The notes: generated from the sequence alone by a model not told the origin. 60,743 nucleotides of DNA, filler included, from Sphacelaria rigidula (GCA_964200075.2; 4 parts of 4 records of this genome joined end to end with filler, not necessarily neighbours in it); one strand, 5' to 3'; shown: positions 1 through 12,306, counted from the whole stretch's first letter. Translations and numbers: made by a program.

Positions 1-816
1 CAGCAAAGTAAGTAGGGTTTTGGGGGGGATTTTTGCTGAGCGTATGGGGCACGGCAAGGTTTAGACCGCTGTGTATTGCCCGCTGCTGCCGCTATCGTCT
101 TGTTTGAATTCCTTTGATCTCGTGATCGATTCATTCAGCGTTTGGGGGTTTCTACATCATTACTGTAGTAGGATCTTTTCTTTTCTTTTTCTTCGTTCAC
201 GAAAAGGCACTGGAAGAGGGGGCGGACGGACGTACACACGAGTTTTATCACCTGCCGTGCGGGTGTAATTCACGTGGTGTTTTTGTGAGGAAGATACACA
301 AGACGGTTTGGATTTACCCCGCCTGCGTGATATACTGTTGTGCATGGGCATTCGTAGATTTGTGTCGTTAATGCAACAAATGCTAGGCGGTGCGTTGAGG
401 GGTGATGGTTGCCCGGGGATATGGGATGGGAGGAACGGAGAGAGGGGCTGGTGTGACGAATGGCTTTGGTGTATCACCTGGCGTGGCGTTAGTCTACTAA
501 TGATGGAGGGATCTGTTGGTCTCCTGGTGTGTGTATGAAGACTAATATACCTTGTTGCTCGCTGTTGGAAAGTGACGCTGCTCGACCTTCTGCGTTCCCC
601 GACGTGTTCTTGTTGGACACGTATCTACAATGTCTTTGGTTCCCCCCTTCCAGCGTCAGGCTTTCTCTGGAAGTCGCGATACCAGAAAATAAAGCAACTC
701 ATTGTTGTCATCCAAACGCAAGATGATCAGTAGGCTTCGCGCCGAACAATTTTACACAGGTCGGACGAGTCATTACTAGTTTAGACGAGTGCACTCGTGG
801 GTGTTTTTCCGAAACA

Positions 817-1272
817 CAACGAGCATGACTCGTGTGCTCGAGTCATTACTTTTTGTCACAACGAGCAATGACTCGTGCGCTCGAGTCATCACCTTTTTTT
901 CAACGAGCAATGACTCGAGTGCTCGCCCTATGAATCTTTTCCACAACGAGCAATGACTCGAGCGCTCGCCCTAATAATTTTTTCCACAACGAGCAATGAC
1001 TCGAGTGCTCGCCCTTTAATTTTTCCCCCAACGAGCAATGACTCGACCGCTCGCCCTAATCATTTATTTCCACAACGGGCAATGACTCGAGTGCTTGCCC
1101 TATTCGCTTATTTTCACAACGAGCAATGACTCAAGTGCTCGCCCAATTAATTTTTGCCACAACGAGCAATGACTCGAGTGCTCGTGCTCGAGTCATGTAC
1201 TTTTTCACGTGGTATGACTCGTTTGCTCGTTTGCTCGAGTCATCTATTTCTTGATCACGAGCAATGACTCGC
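817..1272 (+). repeat. Minisatellite array, ~11 units of 42-44 bp
   Basis: Core CAACGAGCAATGACTCGAGTGCTCGCCCT starts at ~817, 859, 901, 944, 987, 1029, 1073, 1117 and 1160, with degenerate copies at ~1214 and 1256. Units are separated by 13-15 nt T-rich linkers. Confidence 0.92.
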
Positions 1273-1442
1273 TTGCTTGTGTCTTTTGTGGACAACCCAA
1301 GCACCCGTCATCAATCACGAAAGTGATGGACGAGTGAGGCACGAGACATGGTAAAAGCCTGGTGAACCAACGGTAGGATTTGGTGATATTGTGACCCCTA
1401 CAACTCGTACTAACCCCTTTGGATGGTATGTTTGTAGCACTC

Positions 1443-1581
1443 TTCCCCACCATCGTGTGTTTGCGGCAGGTGTTCAATTGTGTTAATTTCAAGGTAAATG
1501 ATCAGTGAGGCCCCTGCAGCATCATTTTTACTGGAAAATAACACAAATGGACACCTACCGCAAACACACGATCGTGGGGAA
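1443..1581. repeat. Inverted repeat (47-bp arms, 45-nt loop)
   Basis: 1443-1489 and the reverse complement of 1535-1581 match 42/47. Confidence 0.85.
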
Positions 1582-2022
1582 ATGGGTCTCAAGCGGAATA
1601 CGCAACCCTTTTCAAATCGACCATTGCTCTGCAAAAAAAATGGGGGCGCAGAGACCCACCTGGACGAGACAACCGTGGCTCCGTCCACCACAAAACCATT
1701 CAGTAAAATAACCACCAATGGACATCTGTCAAGGTGTCTATATCTTAGCTTCTTCTACCCCCGCCCCGGCCTCTGGGGTGTCCGCCCCTAACGGAACGAC
1801 ATATTATCTCTCGTCTTTAGCTCCCGCGGCGATGGATACATCCAAGTCGTCAAGTTCCGCCAGTCGCACAGGCAAGTACTTGAACACCTGTGTTTGCGGT
1901 TGACGCTTGTACATGTGCAGATATGCATTTGAACTTGAAGATTCTTCGTTCAAGATCGTCAAAGACCTCATTATAATTATTCGCTCGTGAGGTTGCTGAC
2001 TCCTCTACTGAAGTCGTTCATC

Positions 2023-2185
2023 GCGAGCAATGACTCGAGTGCTCGCCCTATGATTTTTTTTCCCAACGAGCAATGACTCGGGTGCTCGCCCTATGATTTT
2101 TTTCCCACAACAAGCGATGACTCGAGTGCTTGTCCTATTAATTTTTCCACAACGAGCAATGACTCGAGTGCTCGCCCTATTCATT
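2023..2185 (+). repeat. Second array (4 units) of the same ~43-bp minisatellite
   Basis: CGAGCAATGACTCGAGTGCTCGCCCTAT units at ~2024, 2064, 2107 and 2150, same orientation as the first array. Confidence 0.9.
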
Positions 2186-3042
2186 TTTACGACGAGCGAG
2201 CAGCCCAACGAGTGCGAGTGCCACGAGTCCTCGTCCGCCGTATGAAACAATTACATAAACAGCGCTAGTGATCGACGCCATTCAACTATTGTTGTGGTCA
2301 GCAATAGATATTGGCCGCGATTCAGATTGCACTGTGACCGGCGATAGGTAAAAGTCGCGCCGTGCTGTTCTGCGTTTGTACGCTGCGCCCACCCATGAGG
2401 TTCTACCCGTACAGCGCGGAAGAGCATGTACTGAACCGTGCTACGATAGGTTGGGTGTTTGATTCCAGGGGAAAAGGATTCATTCGTGTTTCGGACAACC
2501 TGACACACTCGCCGTGCGCTTGTATTTGGGTAAAACGGCGTCAAGCAGTATTCATGAGCGTCATTTGTCGGTAACACGTGCGTTCGGACGATCTTTGCTT
2601 CTTACAACGATGATTCGAAGTTGAATTTCGTGGAAGCAATGGCCCAAAATACCCCCCGTGACATCGTAGCATGACTATAGTTGTTTGTGCTGTCCCCGTA
2701 CCGTTGAATACGCGACAGCAGTATCGTCAACACAGCCTCCGGGTACGAACCCGGTACAGTCCACAGCGTTGGGTACACAGGCAGTGCACCTCGGCGCCCG
2801 CTAGTCATTCACAAGTCCTGTACATGTCGGTGTATGGTACGGCACTTGTACAAGTTGTGACAGTTGAGAGTTGTACTGTTGCACTGTCTGTACACAATTC
2901 TGTATACTGTGCCTGTAGTAAGTATTCTGTACTTTACTGTCTGTAGTACAAGTGTGCACATGCCCATGCGTGTGCGTGTGTATATTTTAAACAAGGATAG
3001 TCATTCTCGATAAAGTTTCACTGCGTAGTAATCCCAGCTGCG

Positions 3043-3307
3043 TGGAGGCGAACGGGGAAACAGAGACACCTGTCGACCTGGCTAGAGATGACGCGGAAGG
3101 GCGGAAGGGGCCACTCATGCAGCCGCTACGAGGACTGCGACAACATGGCCACCCAACGGTGGTGTACGTGAGCGAGCTGACGCAAGCTCCACGTTGGGCG
3201 GCCATTTTGTCGGAATCCTCGTAGCGGCTGCATGAGTGGCCCACTTCCGCCCTTCCGCGTCATCTCCAACCAGGTCGACAGGTGTCTTGGCTCCCTCGTT
3301 CGCCCCA
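3043..3307. repeat. Long foldback hairpin (~120-bp arms, ~25-nt loop); MITE-like or hairpin RNA
   Basis: GGCGAACG...GACACCTGTCGACCTGG...GCCACTCATGCAGCCGCTACGAGGA...CCAACGGTGG is mirrored by CCACGTTGG...TCCTCGTAGCGGCTGCATGAGTGGC...CCAGGTCGACAGGTGTC...CGTTCGCC. Confidence 0.9.
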
Positions 3308-4749
3308 AATCTTCCTTGTAGTCTTGGGTCACCTCCGTGAACGGGCTGCCATCACTGGCGCTGTCACGGGCCTTCACGGCATCCGCCATCGGCCCGTTTA
3401 CGATATTTGTCCTAAGGCTGTGTCTGTAATCTTGGTCGTCATGGGGCAGCGTGTCTAGTTCCGTTTCCTAACCCTGAGTTGGGCACCAACGCTTCGGGGT
3501 GTTTGGCAACTCAGGGTTAATTTGAAATTTTTCACGTGATGAACGTAACGTGAACGTGTAACGTGTGTATCCCTGAAAGTTTCGGGTCTAATACAGCGCC
3601 AATGTTCTATTACACAATCAATTGTCCAGGGAATAAGCACATCTCACCCACATACACAAGTACTGGAAGCGCTCATGTCCATCAGAGGGACAACCATGTG
3701 TACCAACACCACACCAACAACAAAACTTGTAAACTTTTGTCAACACATATTACGGATTCCTACAAAATACAAGCGTTCCAAAAGTGTAGAAACGTGACGT
3801 GATATATTCACAAGTAGTATAATCATGGTATACATTGCCGCCATGCATAGATTTTATACACCATCTATCAATAGCGATTGCCGTTATCAATAGACTTGGT
3901 ACACAATCTATCAATAGTCATCGTCGTCATCAATACATTTGGCACGCAGTCTATCGATGGCCATTGCCGTCATCACTAGATTTTGAAAACTATCGATGGA
4001 TACATTTGGTCGGCCGCGATAGATTTCGGCGTAGGACCACAACAGACTGCTGCCCGGACAAAAGCGTGGGAAACTGGTCTATTGATAGACATTGCCGACA
4101 ACAGAAAGAGAAACTTGCCAATCGATGGCCACTACGGACGACAATATTGACATCTACTGCAGCAGATTGTTTTGCTATTGCAATAGATGCCGTCTATTGT
4201 CCAGGGTGTGAAATCGACTACGTGGTGTTACCAGCCGGCATGAAAGTGTTATGATATTATTGATATGTACAATATGTGAATTGCACATGATCACGTACTT
4301 TGCCCGCGCCTGGGCAGACAGCCGTGTTCATACAACGCGTATATCCACATGTCGCCATCATACTGAACTGCGACACAAGACAGGGAGAGGTTGCAAAGGG
4401 AAATGTTGTGGACGCGGTGTGGCCACAAGGAGTATCCAACATTGAGGTAGTCGCAGTTCCCAAATGAAATCTACGTGAAGCGCGTACTTATCAAGTTGTA
4501 CTGTGTATTCAATATGCAGGCAATATAGACAGTGCAGACAATACAGTGCTGGCCTGTACTGTCTGCACAGTATGTGTTTTGGGCCGGTTCATTTCCAACA
4601 AATTGCGAAGTCATATCTGCCAATAATGTTGTACGGGGAACATCATCCGATTCGCCGACTTGCTCGTTCCCCACTGCTTGCCGCTACAGACATGTTCTTC
4701 TTTACTTGCTTCGACGTACCACCACCACCTACCGTTTCGGTATACCTTG

Positions 4750-4870
4750 CACAGGCGAACGCTGCCTACATGCACGTGCGGTACAATGCAGCAACTACTA
4801 TCGCCATCATCCATCGATCAGGGGGTACCCCCCACCTCAAATAGGGTACCCCCCCACCCCCCCGCCCCCC
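4750..4870 (+). repeat. Dispersed repeat, copy 1 (copy 2 at 15215-15335)
   Basis: Both copies share CATGCACGTGC...TACTATCG.CAT.ATCCATC(T)GATCAGGGGGTACC...GGGTACCCCCCACCCC. Confidence 0.8.
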
Positions 4871-6387
4871 GTCGGGGATGAGATATGTAAAAGGTTTTCT
4901 GTGTAATGTATGGAAGAAACGTAATGAGCGCCGGAATGTTGAAGGTGGCTCTATTAGGAGCCGGAACGGTGCTCCGTCTCGAAAGGGATGTGTTGTCAAT
5001 GGTCGTACGACTAAGACAAGCAACAAATCAGTACGCCCCCTCCCCCCCCCCGTCCTACTGCTCCAGAATGAGGTTTTCGCGACCTGGGGGGGGTGGTGCC
5101 CTCATTTCCCGATATGGGGCCCCTCGAAAACCGTAGTATTTCGGTGATATGGGGTTTTGGAGTCGTCGGATTTCCATTGATGATATGAATCAAAGACACA
5201 CAAGGCCCCGTGACGGCTTCCCTTGTACCTGTCGTGGAAAAGCTCCGACGGTGTTCAAACTTGGGAGTTTGGTAGATTTGGGTGCTCCGTATGGGACAAG
5301 AAGACATTGAAGAATAGTTCAAATTTTACTCGCTCTCCACCAGATTCCGGGGGTCTCGACGTTAAGACCTCCAGAAGTCGCCACAGAAGGCCTAGAAGTG
5401 AGCCGAGAATATCATTTTTAGTCGTTACGAGGTAGTCCAAGGAACGGTTGTGATATTTTCGCGGCGCAAGTTGAAAAACTAAACAGTCGATGCAAGCTTG
5501 AATGCACAAGAAAAAATTCGGTGGCACACGATGATCAAGTAATAAGGAGATTCGTTTGTGAGTTTCAACGCGCGCGCGCGCGCGAATTCTCACGCAGGTT
5601 TTCGACTTAGACCCTCAAATGTTGAACACCTGTGATATGGGATACTGCGAAAGTGGTTATGAATGTTTTTTGCTTTTGTTCCCCCCCCTAGATATCCGGG
5701 GTCCCAGGAGGCGGCATGAGCCGCGGGACCCTCGGGACCCCGGATACCTGGCGAAATTAGGAAAACAAGCATAAAATATTAATATCGAAATATCCCGCAG
5801 CACACGTGTGCAAAATATCAGGGTGTAACTCGAAAAATCCGCGTGAGAAATCGCTGGGGAGTAAAGTTTGGGCGTTTAGCCTCAACCAGTTTGTATCACG
5901 ACACGATTCCAATTTCGGAAAGGGATGAAAACACTGCAGGAATTCTGACTCTATTTTGTCGTCGCCACCACCAATGTTTTAGTTCAGCAAGGTTGAGGTC
6001 GCCATAGGTCTCGGCATACGTGTAAGACTGCCCCAGGTTGTTGCCAATCCAACAGGGTTCGTTTGCTCCAAGCGTCCTGATTTTCAGAACACACATGTGC
6101 AACAATCTACACTTGGTGGACACCACGACGCCCCACCAGGGCTCATTGAAGTCAGACACAGGCCAACCTCAGCCCCCGACACGCCTCACATGCCCCTCCC
6201 ACCCCCCTCCCCGGAGAAGAGATATGTAATCTTATTTCCATGTATGGGCTACATTGTAGTCGAGTAGTTGATGTCCCACGCTGTATCAAGTGAAGAGTAT
6301 ATCCACGACGCCCGTGTTGAAGCTCCCAATTGAGCTGATCGCATTTGCTAGGAGCTAGGGAAACGTTTATGAGACTGCTGTGGCTTC

Positions 6388-7127
6388 AGGCGGGGTCTTA
6401 TCAGAAGTGATCATCACTTTTCAAGAGATCAGTTTAGGAAAAAATGACTGATGTTGGTTGCTGCGATACCACCCCCCGCCAAAAAGTGCCAAGAAATCAC
6501 TTTTGCAAAAGTGATTTTGTGACACCTCGAACGGGAACATGAAACTTCCCGTTGACAGGGCCATAACCGAAAGATTGACAGACAAGTCAACACAATCAAA
6601 CGTGAACCTGACGATCGCTTTGCCCTCGCAAACCAAAACATACCGCTCCATTCATTGCTGCTCGTCAGCTGAGCATGCTGTGCGTGACCTTGCTCGATTC
6701 GGTTCAGAATTCAAACAGAAATGATTTACGTGAGACGCGTAGATAGCACACGCTCACTAACAGTCAGCAACGGCACGTTTTCGGTCGCAATCTGACACGC
6801 TTGCGGCCGCCTCTCATCCAATAACTGCCGTGTGTAGATGATTGAGAGCCAGTGCTTGAGCAAATGCGCGTGAGTGATGAGTGTCTATGCGTGGGTTTCC
6901 GTAGCTCGGTGTGTCGGCGCTGTGCTACCTCGTTGCGTCTTGTCCGCAGTAGTACAGAAATATTGGACTAACGGCCACTTCCAGAACCGCCGCATTTTTG
7001 TACCTGAGCTTCGATTTGGACAAAACTGCTTGTCGATAAGACTCAGCACTGGTCGTTGTGGGGGCAGTCACTTCTCCAAAAAGTTATTTCAGAAGAAGTG
7101 ACAATCACTTGTGATAAGACCCCGCCT
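6388..7127. mobile_element. Non-autonomous DNA transposon, ~740 bp, ~60-bp imperfect TIRs
   Basis: Left end AGGCGGGGTCTTATCAGAAGTGATCATCACTT; right end AAGTGACAATCACTTGTGATAAGACCCCGCCT. No clear TSD, so superfamily not assigned. Confidence 0.75.
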
Positions 7128-7458
7128 TGGGGGCGAGAAGTGAAAGCCTCGGCCATCAGGGTAGGTATTCAACCGTTTTTTCGGCTAGCCAAAATTATCG
7201 GCAGAAAAAGGCGAAACTCCCGGCTCTGATTGGCCCACGTTATTTGGGAATCCTCTTCATTCGTTTCAAATCATTGGCGTAGAATGACGCGCAGTTATCA
7301 TACCGGGAATACGCGTGCCCCCCCTGATTTTCTCGTCCCCCAAAAGTGATGGAATACATGCCTTCAACCTCGGTAGTGCTCTCAAGTTTGTGTAAGTCGC
7401 CGTATCAATGATGTTACCCCAGTGAACGGGTGAGTGCAGATATGTTTCACATTTTCAA

Positions 7459-7556
7459 CCCTTTGACACCCACGGTCTGTCATATGTGAAATCGGCACCA
7501 ATTTCACTTCAAAAAATCGATGAACCCCAGATCGCCTCACCTGCGCATCAAAAGGG
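7459..7556. mobile_element. Possible piggyBac-like mini-element
   Basis: CCCTTTGA...TCAAAAGGG ends flanked by TCAA/TCAG (TTAA-like). The TIR is short, so chance cannot be excluded. Confidence 0.3.
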
Positions 7557-8192
7557 TCAGAATCAAGTATCAGGTTATGGAACTTTGATGTAAAGAGTTG
7601 ATATGTAGTATCACTTGGTGCGAGTGCACTGAGGCACGGAATGGTGAGCTGATGAATGGCTGCGTACTGTACGAGAAAAAAAAAAATGGCAAGAAATCAT
7701 ACGCAGTATATTTTGAGTAAAATAATGTTTCATGTACCACATAAATATCTCCTAGACCCTGAATCCTGAACTAAACCATTTGACTTGCTATTTATTCTCC
7801 AGTACAGTGATTGATGTCCGGTGGTGAATTGAACATGAGTGATTCGCGCGCTAAGCTTTACCCGGGTACTTGGCTACAAGCCTCTCCTCCGTCCCTTCTC
7901 CCCCCCCTGCGCGCGCACTTTTTGAACTTGAGACATTTCGGGGGGTTGTTAAGTCACTTTATGGTGATTTTTTCACGACCCGTTGCGGTTCACGACGCTT
8001 CCTTCGCGTGAAATCGTCGTTTGAAGTCTGCAATCATGACTCTAGTTTGCGTCCGCGCAGTCCTCGTACCTATGGGTTAGATAAGGATGTAGTGCGAGGC
8101 AACACTCTACTTCGTCCGTTTGGTCATATACAATGATGCCAGTTTCATCGCTGTTGTCTTGCTCCTGCATGAACCGGTGCGCGCGCTTGTAG

Positions 8193-9004
8193 GTGACCGA
8201 CCTGGCATGGGCACCAATCAGCTCCGCCCTCATCTACTACCTCTACGGCAACAGCGTTTTCGCCGGTAATTTGGTGTATCGTTTTTTGTTTTTTTTGTTA
8301 TAGTTACGTATGTTTTCGGAAATTCAGCGTAGTTACGATTCACCAATCGTATGACATTTAACGGTATACCACAAGGTGTACCGAGAAACGCAAAGCTATG
8401 CTTTGTAAGCAGCAGCTGAGTGAGCCGGTTCCACAACTGACTCTGGACTTGATAATAGGAAAGACAACTGTACCCACCTCACTGCGGCGGTAGCTGAGCT
8501 AGCTGACAATGCTGAGGTTATCGGCACGCTCTATATGTCTATCGAACACCGTTGCCTTGAATCGTACCGGGAATCGACGACTACAGTTGCCGCCGCGTTC
8601 ATTGGTGCAATGGTCCGACTGACACCATTAGGGTGGAGAGAACGCGGGTTCGATACCAGATGCGTTGGGCTTTTTCTTCGAGATATCTGATTCCCACCTC
8701 CGAAAGCGGGAGTACGTGAAAAAATAAAACATACTTGGCTGAGTTTGTTTGACGAGAGTTAGAGTGGTGCGGGAGTGCTGACCCACTCCGCGAGAGCAAC
8801 ACGCACGGCGTGTACCGGGCAGAGATGGGATGATCCCTCGAGACCACGGACACGTCCCGAGAAAGGGTAGTGGTTCGACGTGCGACAAATTGAAAAGACA
8901 AGACGTGGCCCGCGTATGAAGAATGGTGTAGGAGGAGATGAAAAAGGAGATTTTCGGTGTTTCTTCAGTCACTGTATGTCCACGGTAAACACTGCGTTGA
9001 TTTT

Positions 9005-9049
<45 letters not shown>

Positions 9050-12000
9050 TCTGCCCGCCACGAGTATCATAATTGACGACCTTGTATTTGTGAAAGTTAT
9101 CTCTTTTGCATGCACAGAGGATGAACCCCACGGACAGCTTACAGAACAGTATTGTATAGTAAGTACAGTACGATGCACATACCCAGAAATATAGAGGTAT
9201 CCAGTACACTCGCTGCCCAAACGTGATGCTAATCTGCGAGGTGTTTCTTTTATCTCAGTGGATACAGTAGCAGTTTGGTGCCTTGCTTCCGTAGGTCTCA
9301 TGGGCGAGGGCTCGTGCTCAAATAGTTTGACCCGAATTCGCTGAGCAGCGTCTGTTTGTTTCCACGGTGTTGCTGTTTTGTTTCGTGTATAGGTACACCG
9401 CGGGCTTTTTCCTATTTTTATTTTGCGCATTGCCGTTAAACCGAAAAGCCAAGCTGCAGTTGCCGGCCTTTCCTAGCCTCATGTCGTCATTTATTATTTT
9501 ATATTATGACTTTTTGCTTCTTCTTCTCCGTTTCTTTTCTTTCCTTTCCTTTTCGTTTTTTTTTTCTGCTTGATTTTGTTTCCATCTTGTTTTCGGTTTG
9601 TTTTTCGGTTCACCCCGTTTGCTCGTTCCTTCAGCAAGTGTTTTCCTTTTCTTCACCTCGGGTACGTTCGTCCGTCCATCTTGTGACCGCGCCTGGGTCC
9701 CTCGGGGATGCGTTAATGTGGGACAATCAGTCAAATCAAGAACCAAATACGGGTAGTGAAGATGGGCAAGATATGCTTCTCTATAGTGCAAGCGGTCGTT
9801 TCAATGCATTGCGGTTTTCAGCATTCTGCTGCTGCGCTAGAACCTCCGCGAGCTTTCCCGTGTCGACCAATGCTGGCGAAAAGTAAGTTGTGATGCTCGC
9901 CAACAAAGACTGTACTCTACGGCACACCATCAGTTGGATACACAATAACCTTCTGCACTGTGAAGACCCATGGAATTGCACTCAGTCAATGAAACTGCAT
10001 TCAGTCCTGCCGCTGCACTGATGCTTGCGCTACACAAAGCCGCTAACTACGCCACACGAATTTTAGTTGGGTTAGGTTTCAGGTGTTGGTGATCTGTGGC
10101 AACTATTACATTCGCCCATCAGTTGTTTGCGGGCGGTATTCTCGTGAGGACGGACGGTGCTGCTTTTTTTTTTTGTCCGTGTTCCTGCTTCTGCGGGGCA
10201 TCAAAACAGCGGGGAATCTAGACATCACTTGATTTCGCGTAGGTTCCCGCGCCATGTAAACCACGAGGTTGGGCGCCGAACCAACTCCAACAAATATCGG
10301 CGAAAGCTATCCCCCAATAACTGTGGGGTACTATTGATTTCGGTGTTTTTTAAAGGGGGGCAGGCAGACCCGACGCTGTTGAGCATCACGCGACCATCGT
10401 CTCAAAATATGCCATTTCGTGACGTTCCACGCTATCCAATGACGACCCACCTCCCAGGGATTGGTCATTCCGGGGATGTTCTCTGAAGGCTTGGAGCAGG
10501 AGACAACGGCCTATCAAACGGGGTTCAGATGAAGGTCACGCGCAAGTTACTCTGTACGCCGCCGTGCCCCATTGGTTTTACTGGTACAGAACACCAATAG
10601 TCATACCTCAAAGTACACCAATACCTGGTTAGGTTGAACGGGTGCAAGTTCGAATCCTGACAAATGCGATCTCTCGAGGCAGAATATTGCTTCCGTCGTT
10701 GAAAGCCTGAGGATACGAACACGGAAGGAATCTCGGCCACAGTCGGCGCGGTGCGGAATCGCCGATGCGATCCGCGACTCCAAAACGGCGGGCGTGTACC
10801 TCAGGAGAGATGGGTCGATCTCTGGAGACAATGGACTTGAACTTAGGGTGGGCGAGAGGTAAAAGAATATGACAAAGAAGGGAAGGAAAAGAAGCAAAAT
10901 CAAAACAAGAAGTCGCAGCGAAGGCCTCTCAAGGCGGTGGGAGGTGCATGTATTGTTGACCAAGCTTCGGCAATACTCTGGTCAGGTTACATCTCCCTCC
11001 AAGTCTGACACACGCCGTGTGGAGTTTTTTGCGCTTTGGTTATCAGTTCACTGCTCGGCACACCGCTCTGTCGTTGTTGTTGCTGCTGCTTCACTCCAAG
11101 CCGCACGCGCCGCGAAGATGAACTATACCTTAGTTCGCTGATGTGCCCGTGCGTTGTGACTAGTGTCTTGGTATCAACGCATATTCCATCCTCCTGTAAC
11201 AACAAGTGTTCACGAGGATGACCTACGATCAAAAATGGGGTGAACATGCACAAAAAACGTTTTTTTCGCTCTGTCTTCTCCTCATTTTCCGTGCGTTGCG
11301 TACGTACCGATGGGCGATGCTTATGGCCACATCTTGTTGGTCTCGTGGCACTTCGGCGTGCCAACGTTTCATGCATACCGGCGGACCGGTCGGATTCGGG
11401 GTACCGTTATGCGGTGCGGTGTGGTGCGGCGCTGGACGCTGTCAACAGGGCTGGCGTTTGTGGAAGAAATTATTCCGGGGTTCGACGTCATTCCTACGGC
11501 CACGATAGCGTGGTTCTTGAGTGAGTTCATTTGACGCGCCACATATTCTGGGAAAACCCCCCGGCAGACACGCGTAACTCGAAGAATGTGTGTACTGCAA
11601 TGTTCTCAACGTCGAGGTGGCATTGATTCCGATGTGAGATTTCGTGCCAAGCTGCTGACGGGATAGACTTGAGCTTGGGTGTTGATGATGGAAGCGCTTA
11701 TCGGTCGACAGTGAAGCGAATTGTGTCGTTCGATAGTAGAAACCTCGGAGGTTCACCCGTGCATGCCCATAGTCGTGGTGTCCTATACTTCACGTCTCTC
11801 GACAGGTGGATCCTCCCGGGCGGGGCAGAGAATGTGTCTCCGACGGAGGTTATGTTCGAGTTATGGAGTTTTTTTTCATGAACAATGACTTGGGCATCAG
11901 TATCCGAGGGGATTCAGTCTCAAGTATAATATCGTCGGCATTCAGTCAGATCGATCCTATCAAGGGGTGCGGCACTCCTGAATTTGAGTATTTATCTTCG

Positions 12001-12306
12001 AGTCAGAAGCGACGTCCGCAACACTCGCTACTGACATGACACCCTCCTGAAACCCTTGTTCGTTTTCGTGCGCACTCGGAACACCTGCCCGAATCCGCAG
12101 CCAACAGCGACATCGGCAAGAATGTGTCAGCCGTTGCTGGTGGGGACGAGCCCAAGGGTTCCACTCGCACCAAAACGCCTCCGCCACCCCCAATTCCTAA
12201 TGTGCCCTCCAGCGAGGCAAGCAGTGCCGCCCGACGCAGGGGCGTGGTTGATCGTGACGAAATTCAGGCTGGGGGTGTTGTGCTGGACGTGGAATCGAGT
12301 GAATGA
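8193..12306 (+). CDS. 5'-partial small membrane protein of unknown function (WAPIS...EEIIPGFDVIPTATIAW motif)
   Basis: Three GT-AG, phase-compatible exons: 8193-8265, 11449-11520, 12101-12306. They splice to VTDLAWAPISSALIYYLYGNSVFAGLAFVEEIIPGFDVIPTATIAWFLTNSDIGKNVSAVAGGDEPKGSTRTKTPPPPPIPNV...VLDVESSE*. Upstream exon(s) not found in the contig. Confidence 0.85.
8589..8900 (+). mobile_element. tRNA-derived SINE, copy 1
   Basis: GCCGCCG start, A box TGGTGCAATGG, B box GGTTCGATACC, body GGGAGTGCTGACC...CCCTCGAGACCAC...GTGCGACAA. Four other copies occur in the window. Confidence 0.75.
9007..9046. repeat. (GT)20 microsatellite
   Basis: Read directly. Confidence 0.98.
9505..9745 (+). mobile_element. 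Retroposon (LINE-like) 3' tail fragment
   Basis: T-rich tract, then GGGTACGT.CGTC...CTTGTGACCGCGCCTGGGTCCCTCGGGG...TTAATGTGGGACAATCAGTCAAATCAA; homologous to 59010-59260. Confidence 0.55.
10558..10890 (+). mobile_element. tRNA-derived SINE, copy 2 (diverged)
   Basis: GCCGCCG start, A-box-like TGGTTTTACTGG, B box AGTTCGAATCC, body ATCCGCGA...GCGTGTACC...GATGGGTCGATCTCTGGAGAC, A-rich tail. Confidence 0.65.

Larger units (their letters stand above)
755..2244. mobile_element. Putative non-autonomous DNA transposon (hAT-like ends) carrying ~43-bp repeat arrays
   Basis: Ends CACAGGTCGGACGAG (755-769) and the reverse complement of 2230-2244 (CATACGGCGGACGAG) match 12/15. Both ends are followed inward by arrays of the same unit. 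No transposase ORF; TSD unclear. Confidence 0.4.

Noticed and set aside
1-13. GTAAGT at position 8 as the donor of the missing upstream exon of the membrane-protein gene
   Set aside because: Only 7 nt lie upstream and they cannot be matched to the expected peptide.
817-2185. CRISPR array
   Set aside because: Linkers are only 13-15 nt, T-rich and similar to each other; repeats are degenerate; no cas genes; eukaryotic context.
8880-9430. ORFs with VCVCVC / HTHTHT tracts (likewise poly-Cys/poly-Thr ORFs at 58244-58519)
   Set aside because: These are translations of microsatellites.
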